Positions 40,487 through 49,617 of a stretch of 64,000 nt of DNA are shown piece after piece. Every line of letters starts with the position of its first letter. Position 1 is the stretch's first letter. The stretch lies in assembly GCA_963792965.1 (NCBI GenBank), contig CAWBYW010000007.1:640001-704000 (forward strand), read 5' to 3'. Made by a program: the position numbers and the translations under genes. The notes below the pieces were generated by a model. It was not told the origin of the DNA and did no database searches. It saw only the letters and a list, made by a program, of their open reading frames with translations. This DNA is from an uncultured delta proteobacterium. GTDB lineage: Bacteria > Desulfobacterota > Zymogenia > Zymogenales > Zymogenaceae.

Positions 40487-41545
40487 GTGAAAACTGTGGT
40501 AGTGGAAGAAAAGAAGCTCTCGTTCGTCGACCGGTTTCTCACCGTCTGGATCTTCGTCGCCATGGCCCTTGGAATTGGGATCGGGAACTACTTCACGTCG
40601 GTCACCGATTTCATATCGGGGCTCCAAATCGGCACCACGTCCATCCCCATCGCCGTGGGTCTCATCCTCATGATGTACCCGCCGCTGGCCAGGGTCAAGT
40701 ACGAGGAGATGGGAAAGATCTTCCGGAACAAGAAGCTTCTTGTCCTTTCTCTCGTTCAGAACTGGATCATCGGGCCGCTCTTCATGTTCGGCCTTGCGGT
40801 GCTGTTCTTGCACCATTACCCGCACTACATGATCGGCGTCATCCTCGTGGGGCTTGCCCGCTGCATCGCCATGGTTATCGTCTGGAACGAGCTGGCGGGG
40901 GGTGACCGGGAGCTCACCGTGGGACTCGTGGCCTTCAACGCCGTCTTCCAGGTTCTCTTCTATGCGGTCTATATCTACCTCTTCATCACGGTGGGGCTCA
41001 ACTGGCTGGGCCTTGCCAACGGTGTTCAGGCGCAGATTTCGTTCTGGGACGCCGCCAAGACCGTCTTCGTCTACCTCGGGATACCGTTCGTGGGCGGCAT
41101 TGTCACCCGATTTTCACTCCTCAAGCTGAAAGGGAAACAGTGGTTTGAGGAGGTGTTTGCGCCGCGGATCGGCCCGATCACCCTTGTCGCACTCCTCTTC
41201 ACGATCGTCGTCATGTTCTCCCTCAAGGGAGGCTATATCATCCGGCAGCCCTTTGACGTATTGATCATCGCGGTGCCACTGGTCATCTATTTCCTCGTCA
41301 TGTGGTTCGTAACCTACTTCATCGCATATAAGATTGGGGCAAACTACGGCCAGTCGACCGCCGTCTCCTTTACCGCCGCCAGCAACGATTTTGAGCTTGC
41401 CATCGCCGTCGCGGTGGCCATCTTCGGGATCGCGTCCAGCGAGGCGTTTGCCACGGTGATCGGCCCGCTCTTGGAGGTGCCCATCCTGATCTCGCTGGTC
41501 AACGTGGCCCTCCGGTTCAAGACGCGCCTCTTTGCCCGCGCGTAA
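40487..41545 (+). CDS. acr3: ACR3 arsenite efflux transporter
   Basis: [48 protein letters not shown]. Confidence 0.95.
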   Translation: MKTVVVEEKKLSFVDRFLTVWIFVAMALGIGIGNYFTSVTDFISGLQIGTTSIPIAVGLILMMYPPLARVKYEEMGKIFRNKKLLVLSLVQNWIIGPLFMFGLAVLFLHHYPHYMIGVILVGLARCIAMVIVWNELAGGDRELTVGLVAFNAVFQVLFYAVYIYLFITVGLNWLGLANGVQAQISFWDAAKTVFVYLGIPFVGGIVTRFSLLKLKGKQWFEEVFAPRIGPITLVALLFTIVVMFSLKGGYIIRQPFDVLIIAVPLVIYFLVMWFVTYFIAYKIGANYGQSTAVSFTAASNDFELAIAVAVAIFGIASSEAFATVIGPLLEVPILISLVNVALRFKTRLFARA

Positions 41546-41565
41546 AGAGACGTTTTTCCACCCAT

Positions 41566-41603
41566 AAAAAAGCATCCCAACGACCTCTTGGTCGTTGGGA
41601 TGC
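41566..41603 (-). terminator. Intrinsic terminator between acr3 and the convergent Rrf2 operon
   Basis: 14-bp stem GCATCCCAACGACC-TCTT-GGTCGTTGGGATGC with a U tract on the minus strand. Confidence 0.75.
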
Positions 41604-41652
41604 CGCCTGACCTGTTCCTGTCCTGACCAACCCCCTACCCGCTATCGCATCG

Positions 41653-42402
41653 TCACTTCGACCCGGTCGGCCCGAGGATCGCCCGTGCTCGCTCCCTGCC
41701 AGTCTCGGTTCGGAAAACCGTGCCGATGACGCGCTCCAACTGTTGCTCCGTCTCCGGCATCTTCATGTCCCCTTCGAGGAAATTGACGATCGTATCGGCG
41801 TCCCAGATGATCCGAAACTCGAGCGTGTCGATATCGCGCGCGCTGTGGTGGCTTCCCACGATGCGGCAAACGTGCTCAATCACATCCTTGTCCATCCCGA
41901 GATGCTCCATGATCCCTTTTGCGATGGGAGGCCCCTCCATCTCCTGGTACCTCGGCGCGCTCGAGCCGTGCTTTTGTTCCGCCGCCTGAATGCCGATGTC
42001 GTGCAGGAGGGCCGCGGCCGTGACGACCGGTCCGTCTCCGCCCTCCCCCCTGCGGATCGCCTCGGCGTGAGAGAGGACCGCCAGCGCATGGGCGACACGT
42101 TTTGCATCGCTTCCGAATTGGGCCTTCATCGACTCGATCAGCCGAACCTTTAAGGGCGAGGGAACGTTGGACTGGGCGATGTCCCCCCTATTTCTGCCGA
42201 GGCATTGTTCGGCCCGCCCGCACCAACGGGCACACCCGAGCCCCACACGCGGGTTTTCGATGCGCTGCCCGCACCGGCACCTGCGCGAAACCTCATCCTT
42301 GAAAAACTCGACCGAGCCGCCACACGCGCTGCATTTCACCTCGAAGATATCCCCCGGCTTCCAGTAGCGGGAGTCCTGTCCCGGACAGATGGACTGTGTC
42401 AT
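41653..42402 (-). CDS. HD-domain phosphohydrolase with Cys-rich N-terminal domain
   Basis: CPGQD..CSACG..EFFKDE..CRCG..GCARWC..C; HAL.V, LHDIG, HH, WDAD. Confidence 0.85.
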   Translation of the reverse strand: MTQSICPGQDSRYWKPGDIFEVKCSACGGSVEFFKDEVSRRCRCGQRIENPRVGLGCARWCGRAEQCLGRNRGDIAQSNVPSPLKVRLIESMKAQFGSDAKRVAHALAVLSHAEAIRRGEGGDGPVVTAAALLHDIGIQAAEQKHGSSAPRYQEMEGPPIAKGIMEHLGMDKDVIEHVCRIVGSHHSARDIDTLEFRIIWDADTIVNFLEGDMKMPETEQQLERVIGTVFRTETGRERARAILGPTGSK

Positions 42403-42444
42403 GGCGCCGCCCTCATTTGAAAATATGAAATGTCTCCATTTCCA

Positions 42445-43248
42445 TCACCGACCGACACCCCGTACCTCCCCCTTTCCCGCTCCCGGCTCGATATACTCCT
42501 GGAGGATTTCCCCGCTCCGCGATATGATCACGGCGCGCAGGATCGTGTCGTTGCCGGCAAGACCCACGGCTTCCTTTGCCATCGTCATGAGCCCGTGGCA
42601 GCAGGGGACCTCCATATGGGCCACGGTGAGCGATCGCACGCCGGCCTCTCGTATGATATCGGAGAGTCGCTCGACGTAGTCCTCTGAATCGTCGAATTTA
42701 GGACAGGCCAACGCCACGGATCTGCCCCTCAGGAGCAGCGTGTGGAGGTTCGGGAACGCCGCAGCGGCGCAATCGGCGAGGAGCACGAGATCGCATCCCT
42801 CAAGAAAGGACGCCTGTGGATTCAACAATCTCAGCTTTATGGGCCAGTGCGTCAGCTCGGATTGGATATCTGAAGCATGACCCTCCTTGCCGCCATGCGG
42901 GACCGTCCGCTCTATCGTCATCTCGTGGCTCCCCGGACAGCCGCATGCAAGGGGTGCGACAGACGGCTTGGTCGCGCTCTCGGGGCCTCCATGGGTGTGG
43001 CCATGCGTCGCATCGACGTGGTCGTTTGACCGATCTTCGTCGAACTCGTCCGCTTCGCGCTCAATGACCCTGAGAGCGCCTGTCGGACACTCCCCGATGC
43101 AGGCCCCCAGACCGTCACAATAGACGTCGGAGACGAGCTGGGCCTTCCCGTCGACAAGCACAAGCGCCCCCTCGGCACAGGCGTCGACACACTGACCGCA
43201 GCCGCTGCACGCGGATCGGTCGATTTCAATGATCTCTCTCTTGCTCAC
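42445..43248 (-). CDS. 4Fe-4S-binding protein
   Basis: CSGCGQCVDAC, CDGLGACIGECP, CGCPGS, WPIKL, ACPK, MEVPCC. Confidence 0.88.
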   Translation of the reverse strand: MSKREIIEIDRSACSGCGQCVDACAEGALVLVDGKAQLVSDVYCDGLGACIGECPTGALRVIEREADEFDEDRSNDHVDATHGHTHGGPESATKPSVAPLACGCPGSHEMTIERTVPHGGKEGHASDIQSELTHWPIKLRLLNPQASFLEGCDLVLLADCAAAAFPNLHTLLLRGRSVALACPKFDDSEDYVERLSDIIREAGVRSLTVAHMEVPCCHGLMTMAKEAVGLAGNDTILRAVIISRSGEILQEYIEPGAGKGEVRGVGR

Positions 43249-43667
43249 GTTTTCCCTCCAAAGGTGGTCATCACATCCGAGATGCGCGTGTTCATCAGGT
43301 ATCCTCTCAGCTCCTCATTGATCCTCTTCACCAGATCCCCGAAGATGCAGTTCCCCTTGTCGCACAACGGCGTCTCCAGCAGACACGCCTGCCCGACGAA
43401 TTTCCCCTCGATTACCTCCCAGACGGCCATCAGCGGCGTGGCGTCGGCGCCGTCCATCAGCACGAATCCTCCCCCACGCCCGCGCGTGGACGATACGAGT
43501 CCCTCTTTGGCCAGCCGCTGGAGCACCTTGGCCAGGTGCGCCTCCGACGCGTGAAGGGTGGCCGCCATATCCCTTGCCGATAGCGGTTTTTCCCTATCCA
43601 TCGAAAGAAGCGCCATCGTGTGGACGGCCAGCGACGCGGCCTGGGAGATCTTGAGTACGGTGGTCAT
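43245..43667 (-). CDS. Rrf2-family transcriptional regulator
   Basis: HLAKVLQRL..GLVSSTRGRGGGF, three C-terminal Cys. Confidence 0.9.
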   Translation of the reverse strand: MTTVLKISQAASLAVHTMALLSMDREKPLSARDMAATLHASEAHLAKVLQRLAKEGLVSSTRGRGGGFVLMDGADATPLMAVWEVIEGKFVGQACLLETPLCDKGNCIFGDLVKRINEELRGYLMNTRISDVMTTFGGKT

Positions 43668-43700
43668 GGCATGTTCACCTCATGGTGACTAATAGGCATT

Positions 43701-43718
43701 CAGGTATCAGTATACCTG
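43701..43718. promoter_or_regulatory. Putative Rrf2 operator
   Basis: CAGGTAT-CAGT-ATACCTG palindrome upstream of rrf2, beside a minus-strand TTGACA (43730-43735). Confidence 0.65.
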
Positions 43719-43995
43719 TTTATACTGATTGTCAACTCTTCTTTCACGTCGAAATAGGAAAAATCGGCTCTTGTGAGGCGCTTCGGGATGAAGCGCCGAG
43801 GGATGGGAGGGGAGCGATACTACGGTGCGAGAAATCGGACAAGACGAAGGGGCGGATCGGGGAATTCGGCGGACGTGCCGCGGCCGGCGGGACCTACAGA
43901 GGGTCGCGTCAGGCTCGGATCGCCTGCATCACACCGTGTCTCTCTCGCAATTCCGCCCGTATCCGCGTGGAGGGCCGCATCTGGATACGACCTCG

Positions 43996-44208
43996 CTACC
44001 GCCATGCCGCCAGAAACCGCGCCAGCGACCTGTCGTAGCTCTTCTCAACGTCCTCGGGGAAGAGGCAGCCCGGCAGCTCGTTCTTCTTCCTGTGGTGGGC
44101 GATGCACTCGCAGCACCTCCCCTTCCGGCTGCAGGCAACATACGTGCAGCCGCACCGGTCAAGGTTCTTCTGAAGGCTCGGGCACTGCGCTTTCGTCGTT
44201 TCCGTCAT
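43996..44208 (-). CDS. Small Cys-rich protein (DUF6485-like)
   Basis: CGCTY..CSRKGRCCECIAHH...LPGCLFP; GGAGG RBS. Confidence 0.75.
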   Translation of the reverse strand: MTETTKAQCPSLQKNLDRCGCTYVACSRKGRCCECIAHHRKKNELPGCLFPEDVEKSYDRSLARFLAAWR

Positions 44209-44226
44209 CTCACGGTGCGCCTCCCG

Positions 44227-45042
44227 TCAGATCCCAAGGAGCGCCTTGGGGTTGGTCTCGGTCATCTGCACAAACGTCGTCTCTTTCAGTTTGAGCTCTT
44301 TTAGCTCCTTCATGATCCTGACCCGCGTAAGCAGCGGGTAGTCGCTGCCGAAGAGGACTTTCCCTGTAAGCGCCGTATCGGCAAGCCGGATGACCCCCTC
44401 GGGAATGTAGCGCGGGGCCCATCCCGCGATGTTGAAATAGACGAAAGGATTTCGCCTCACCACCGCCAGCGCCTCCTCCCACCAGGGGTAGCCGAAGTGG
44501 GCGATGATGAGCTTGAGCCGTGGGAAGTCCACCGCCACGTCGTCCACGGGCAGGGGCCGGCAATACTTGATCTTTGTGCCGAAATGGAACTGGGTGCCGG
44601 TGTGAAAGAGGACCGGTACGTTCAACGACTGGGCGGCCTCGTAGAGGGGGTATATCTTCTTGTCGTTGATATCAAGCTCCACAAGATGCGGGAGCAGCTT
44701 GAGCCCCCTGAGCTTGAGCTCGCCTACCGCCCGCTCGAATTCCTTCAGGCCGTCCTTGCCCTTGTGAGGGTCGACGCTCGCAAAGCCGATGAGCCGGTCC
44801 GGGTATTTTGCGACGGTCTCGGCGACGAGATCGTTTGAGACCCGGTATTTGTGGATCGTCTCGGCGTCCACGGCGACGATGACCGCCTTATCGACGCCGG
44901 CGGCGTCCATGTCTTTCAGCGTATCCTCGATGGACGGAAACCCCATGTCTTTGAACATGGACTTGTAGCCCTCGGCCATCGCCTTGGGGAAGCTCTCGAT
45001 GGCCTCTTTCGTCCAGAGCTGCGAGTGGGTGTCGATGATCAT
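44227..45042 (-). CDS. Amidohydrolase_2-family protein
   Basis: IIDTH, GFASVDP, LFHTG, AHFGYPW, FGSDYP. Confidence 0.88.
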   Translation of the reverse strand: MIIDTHSQLWTKEAIESFPKAMAEGYKSMFKDMGFPSIEDTLKDMDAAGVDKAVIVAVDAETIHKYRVSNDLVAETVAKYPDRLIGFASVDPHKGKDGLKEFERAVGELKLRGLKLLPHLVELDINDKKIYPLYEAAQSLNVPVLFHTGTQFHFGTKIKYCRPLPVDDVAVDFPRLKLIIAHFGYPWWEEALAVVRRNPFVYFNIAGWAPRYIPEGVIRLADTALTGKVLFGSDYPLLTRVRIMKELKELKLKETTFVQMTETNPKALLGI

Positions 45043-45091
45043 GTAATGCTCCTTATGCATGCGAGTGAGGGAGAATCCTCCCGCTTGAGGA

Positions 45092-45593
45092 TTACCTTTT
45101 CCTGTTCAGCACCGTACTCTCAATAAAATCGGCCATTGCCCCCACGTCGGCAAGATCGATTACGCGCGCGTCCGTCTCCACGGGGCAGTCGGACGCGACG
45201 GCGATGAGGTTATCGTCCTTCGTGCAGAGGAGCTTGTCCCTGATCCCCTCGCGGAAGACCTCGATCTTGGGGTGGACGTCCTTCTTGAAACCCTCGGAGA
45301 TGATGATATCGACGTCACCGATGAACCTCTCCCTGATCTCCGAGAGCGTGAGGTCGTCGATTCGTGTCGGCGATCACGGCGATCCTGGTGGGGGAGGAGA
45401 TCACGGTCACGGCGGCGCCGGCCTCCCGCAGCCTGAAGCTGTCTTTGCCCGGCACGTCGATCTCAAAGCCGTGCACGTCGTGCTTGATCGCGCAGATCCT
45501 GAGCCCCCTTCCCACGAGCTCGGGGATCAACCGTTCAAGGTAGGTCGTCTTGCCGCTGTCGGACCACCCGACGACGCTGATGATGGGAATCAC
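45092..45593 (-). CDS. mobB: Molybdopterin-guanine dinucleotide biosynthesis protein B (indel near 45360)
   Basis: GWSDSGKTT, IKHD.H, GKDS; next frame DVDIIISEGFK..HPKIEVFR to TAA at 45092-45094. Confidence 0.88.
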
Positions 45594-46192
45594 AGGTTCT
45601 TCTCCCGGGCGATGAGCTTTGCCCGCTCGTAGTCCTGGGGGGTGTTGATGTTGAAAAAAGAGAGAAGCTCCCGATCCACGGCCAAAAGCTCCTCCTCGCC
45701 GACTAACCGCACGTTCACATCGTTCAGAAAAGAGATCGCCTGCTGCGTTCCGGAGCTAATCCTCTTCTGGACGGCCGCGAGACACCGCTTACTGTACGCC
45801 GCAAAAAGCGGCTCGTAATAGCCGTTGAAATACGGTACCGCGGCATCGCTGTCCCCTCGCGCCGCGACGAGATATTCGATAAGCTCCCGTTTAATGAAGG
45901 GCATGTCGGAGGCCGCGAAAAAGGCCGCGTTGTCCACAAGGTAGAAGAGCCCGGCGTGGATGCCCCCGAGCGTTCCGATGCCCGGCATCACGTCACGCCT
46001 GGTTTCAAGGCCGAAACGGGCGTATTTTTCCGGCTCATTGGTAACGATGATAGTGCGGGAAAACACCGATCCGAAAACATCGATTACGCGCTCGATAAGC
46101 GCTTTTCCCCCCACCTCCAGAAACGACTTATCCGTGCCCATTCGACGCGACGACCCACCCGCAAGGATCACGCCGGTCACGGATCCTTCCAT
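45590..46192 (-). CDS. mobA: Molybdenum cofactor guanylyltransferase
   Basis: ILAGGSSRRMGTDK, GTLGGI, SDMPF, EPLFAAY, FFNINTP. Confidence 0.93.
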   Translation of the reverse strand: MEGSVTGVILAGGSSRRMGTDKSFLEVGGKALIERVIDVFGSVFSRTIIVTNEPEKYARFGLETRRDVMPGIGTLGGIHAGLFYLVDNAAFFAASDMPFIKRELIEYLVAARGDSDAAVPYFNGYYEPLFAAYSKRCLAAVQKRISSGTQQAISFLNDVNVRLVGEEELLAVDRELLSFFNINTPQDYERAKLIAREKNL

Positions 46193-47152
46193 CTACTGCT
46201 CGTCCGCCGTATCGGGTGGACTGCCGGCCGACTCCGGGGTGTTCTTCTGGAGCCACCGATAGTATTCATTTTCAAGCTTATTGAGCACCGAGTCCCGGAA
46301 AATCAGCGACCCGACCGGAACCATCTCGCCGGTCATCCGGTACGGGCGGGCGGCACCTATGGTCACGGTGACCCTCCCGAGCCGCTTCCCCTTCTCGTCG
46401 GCCGAGACCATATAGACGCCTTCGTGAAGCGTGGGTATGGGGATCGGTTGGGGCTCGCTCGTGGTGATGATGAGGTCCACGCCCGGGACGGCCTTGGCGA
46501 AGTCGTAGGCGTCCTTGCGGTCCATGGCCAGGAGCGCAACAATAAGGGTTGCCTTGCCCGACAGCTCCTTGACCATCTTTCTCCCCGTCTCTCTGGGGTC
46601 CGTAAAGGTGAAGGTGTCCACATCGTGGGCGCCGGAGACTCCCCCTCCCGCGATGCCGAAGAAGCCGACCTTGACGCCGCCGACATTCTTGACAAAGGAG
46701 GTCTCGAAGACCGGCGCTCCCGTCTTCTTTAATACGATATTGGAGCTGATAATCTTGAAGCTCGACGTATCCCTGATCTTCACCAGGAAGTCGAGCCCGG
46801 CCGCCAGATCGTTGGGGCCGACGTTGGCGACGTCATACTTCACCAGGCTCATGCCTTTTGCGACATACTCTGCGGCTACCTTGTCCTCGGCCTCAGTTAT
46901 TGAGGAGAGGCTGATGCCGTTAAAAAGAGAATTTCCCGCGTCCACCACGATGACGTTCGGGTTACCCTTCCTTATTTCGTTAAGGACGGTGGCTCGCCGG
47001 GCGAACCCGCCCAGCCGTTTATTCTCTCACCCGCAGGGGATAACTTCGCCATAGTTGTCGCAGGAATGGACGATCGTCACCATCGCGGCGACGGCCGCAA
47101 GCGGCCAGCTCAGGAAAAGCACCAGCAACGACAGCGCATAAAGTTTCTTCAT
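46193..47152 (-). CDS. UshA-like (5'-nucleotidase-fold) exported selenoprotein; in-frame TGA at 47027-47029 read as Sec42
   Basis: AGAGGAG RBS, signal peptide, TIVHSCDNYGEVIPCG-TGA-ENKRLGGFARRAT..VVDAGN in one continuous frame; hairpin after the TGA. Confidence 0.85.
46996..47015 (-). promoter_or_regulatory. Putative SECIS element
   Basis: GCUGGGCG-GGUU-CGCCCGGC, an 8-bp stem with 11 nt between it and the UGA. Confidence 0.7.
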
Positions 47153-47171
47153 AAGGGGCCGTTCTCCTCTT

Positions 47172-47387
47172 TTATCTACTTGTCCAAACGCCGATCAACA
47201 GCACAATGAGCCACAATAAAAAGAGTCCGATTATGGCCTTGGTGACAAGCGACAGCTTCCGCCGGTCGCCCTTTCCCCTCAGCGACCGGATGTAGTAGTA
47301 GAGATAGACGAAAAACAGGACGCCCAGCAATGCCCCGACGCCCAAAAAAGTGATGACGATGATCTTGATCGCGATAGGATTTGACAT
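47172..47387 (-). CDS. Small two-TM membrane protein
   Basis: Two hydrophobic helices; fills the gap in a co-oriented gene run. Confidence 0.65.
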   Translation of the reverse strand: MSNPIAIKIIVITFLGVGALLGVLFFVYLYYYIRSLRGKGDRRKLSLVTKAIIGLFLLWLIVLLIGVWTSR

Positions 47388-47398
47388 GGAAGAGCCCC

Positions 47399-48742
47399 TT
47401 ACTTTTTCGTCGACTGTGCCGTCCGAATGATCTCCCTGACCTCGGCCAGCGGCGCGTCCCCTGAAAACGGTACGAAGACGAGGCTGAGACTGTCGATTCC
47501 CGAGAGACTCGACGCGGCCTTCTCGAGCTCAGTCGATCCGACCGGCTCTCCACTATCCCAATCCCTCACCTGGAGCTTTATCCCGACCCGGCCCGGATCC
47601 TCCGTGAGCGTGGTGGCCCGTGACGAGATATCGGCGAGGAGCCCGAGGGCGTCGCCTATATTTGAGAACCCCTTTTCCTTCATCATCTGGCGGTGGTAGG
47701 CCATGATGAAGAAATAGTCCGCTCCACTTTTCTTGTACTCGGTGATATCCTCCGAGAGCCACGCGAGCGCCTTCTCCGGACGGCAGGCCGCTTCGTACGA
47801 AAGATTGACGGCGAACTCCATATCGGGACGGATTTCGTGCACTCCGTCAATAATCGCGCGTGCAACCCCGGCAAGGCGCCGGGCCTTGAAGCGCGACCAT
47901 TTCCAGAAATCATCCGTGTAGCCCCGTGCGTAAAACTTTGTCCCGTCCGGCGACGGGTACGGGTCGACATAGAAAGATTCGGGACGAATCGGGGCGCCGT
48001 AGAGCTTCTCCGCGTGTTCCCCCATTCCCTCGTTATGTTTGAGGACGAGGTCATCCTGAAAGAGGATTCCGTCGATGTCGTAGGCCGCCAGGTCCCTATA
48101 GAGCGAGACCAGGTCGTCCACCCGCGCATCGTCGAAGAGGTCCCTCCCGAAGGCCGGCACGATCATCTTCTTACTGAAATCGTAGACACGAAGCCCGTAA
48201 GCACTATCCCCCCACGACGCGTATCGCGTGGTCATCCACGCCCACACAGAGAGCCTGTTCTTCTTGGCCGCCGAGATAATCGCGTTGAGCACGTCGTCCA
48301 CAACCGGCGCGTGGGTAGTATTGAAATAGACCCCCGCGTCCGTCTTGGGATGTGCGAAGGGATAGAAGTGATCTCCTTTATTATGGAATACCCGGACGAT
48401 AACCGTGTCCGCACCTGTATCCGAGATCGCCTTCATCTCCCGATCCAGCTGTTCGGGGGTCCGCGACGAAAAGAGGAGCACCTGGAAGCCCAGGATACGC
48501 TTCACCGGCTTTTCCTTGAGCACGGTTGTCTTATTTCCTTCAGGTATTGCGCCGATACCTGAGTCGTTCGGCGAAGGAAGCGTGCGGGTGGAGATGAAGT
48601 TGGAGGGGGCAGAGGTATGTATCGGTTCCGGTGCGCACCCGATAAAAAAAAGAAGCGCACAGGAGATCCCGACCGTGATCCCGGCGGCGCGCTTCCCATG
48701 TCGTGTCTTACGGATCACGTGTACACCGGTAAGAATGGCCAA
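47399..48742 (-). CDS. Lipoprotein with PgaB C-terminal-like (GH153/GHL13) glycoside-hydrolase domain
   Basis: FIGC lipobox; GVYF, VWAWM, LYRDLAAYDIDGILFQDD, AWLSED, IMAY. Confidence 0.7.
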   Translation of the reverse strand: MAILTGVHVIRKTRHGKRAAGITVGISCALLFFIGCAPEPIHTSAPSNFISTRTLPSPNDSGIGAIPEGNKTTVLKEKPVKRILGFQVLLFSSRTPEQLDREMKAISDTGADTVIVRVFHNKGDHFYPFAHPKTDAGVYFNTTHAPVVDDVLNAIISAAKKNRLSVWAWMTTRYASWGDSAYGLRVYDFSKKMIVPAFGRDLFDDARVDDLVSLYRDLAAYDIDGILFQDDLVLKHNEGMGEHAEKLYGAPIRPESFYVDPYPSPDGTKFYARGYTDDFWKWSRFKARRLAGVARAIIDGVHEIRPDMEFAVNLSYEAACRPEKALAWLSEDITEYKKSGADYFFIMAYHRQMMKEKGFSNIGDALGLLADISSRATTLTEDPGRVGIKLQVRDWDSGEPVGSTELEKAASSLSGIDSLSLVFVPFSGDAPLAEVREIIRTAQSTKK

Positions 48743-48745
48743 CGA

Positions 48746-49403
48746 TTACTGAAAATGCGCGGGGAGCTCCGAGATGTCCTCGATGATGATCTCCGCCCCG
48801 GCGTCTTTCAGGTCTTTACGTGTTCCGAACCCGTAGGTAACGCCACAGGGGATGACGCCCGCGGCCCGTGCCGCCTTGATGTCGTCAGGGGTGTCTCCCA
48901 CCATTACGGTGCGGGAGGGGTCGGCGCCGAACTCGCTTCACGGCAAAGATAATTGGCTCGGGATACGGCTTCATGCTCCCCGCGGTATCGGCCCCCACCA
49001 CGAGGTCGATCATATCGGTAAGCCCCAGCCCTTCAATGACTCGGTCGGCCATATGTTTGAGCTTATTGGTCACCACCGCCTTCTTCTTGGTGATGCCGGA
49101 GAGGGTTTCGATGACCCCGGGGAACGGTTTGGTAGTAACCAGAAGGTGCTTGTCGAGATGCTCGAGGTAGACCCGGAAGGTCTCATACTTCGCGGCGCCG
49201 TCACCGCCGGAAAACCTCGAAAGGAGCTGAGATACACCTTTGCCCAGGAGGGTGGCGATACGCTCCTCGGAGAGCTCGCGAAATCCAAAGGATTTGAGGG
49301 TCTGGTTGATAGCGGCCACGAGATCTTTCTTGGAGTCAGACAGCGTGCCGTCGAGGTCGAAGAGGAAGAGGTCTATTTCCTTTTTATGGTTTTTCTTTTC
49401 CAT
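48746..49403 (-). CDS. HAD-family phosphatase (phosphoglycolate phosphatase-like), indel near 48935
   Basis: FDLDGTL, VTNK, KPYPEP; next frame MVGDTPDDIKAARAAG..VTYGFG. Confidence 0.88.
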
Positions 49404-49486
49404 CGGAGTCTTGTGCTCACCCCCCTCGTATTGATGTCTATCGTTAACCGGACGCCATAATAGATCGTAGAAACCCAAGTTTTTGA

Positions 49487-49565
49487 ACTATAGCACCAAT
49501 ATAAATAAATTGTCAACATGAGAGAATACTTATTTCTTGATCGAAAGACTATTTTTTTATATACT
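49487..49565. promoter_or_regulatory. Divergent sigma70 promoters (HAD operon / arsN2)
   Basis: Minus strand TTGACA-N18-TATAGT with a TG extension; plus strand TTGATC-N17-TATACT; AT-rich gap. Confidence 0.55.
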
Positions 49566-49617
49566 TGAGAGGCCGACAACAATCGCCGCGGTCAACGGGT
49601 GCCCAAGAGAGACCAAT

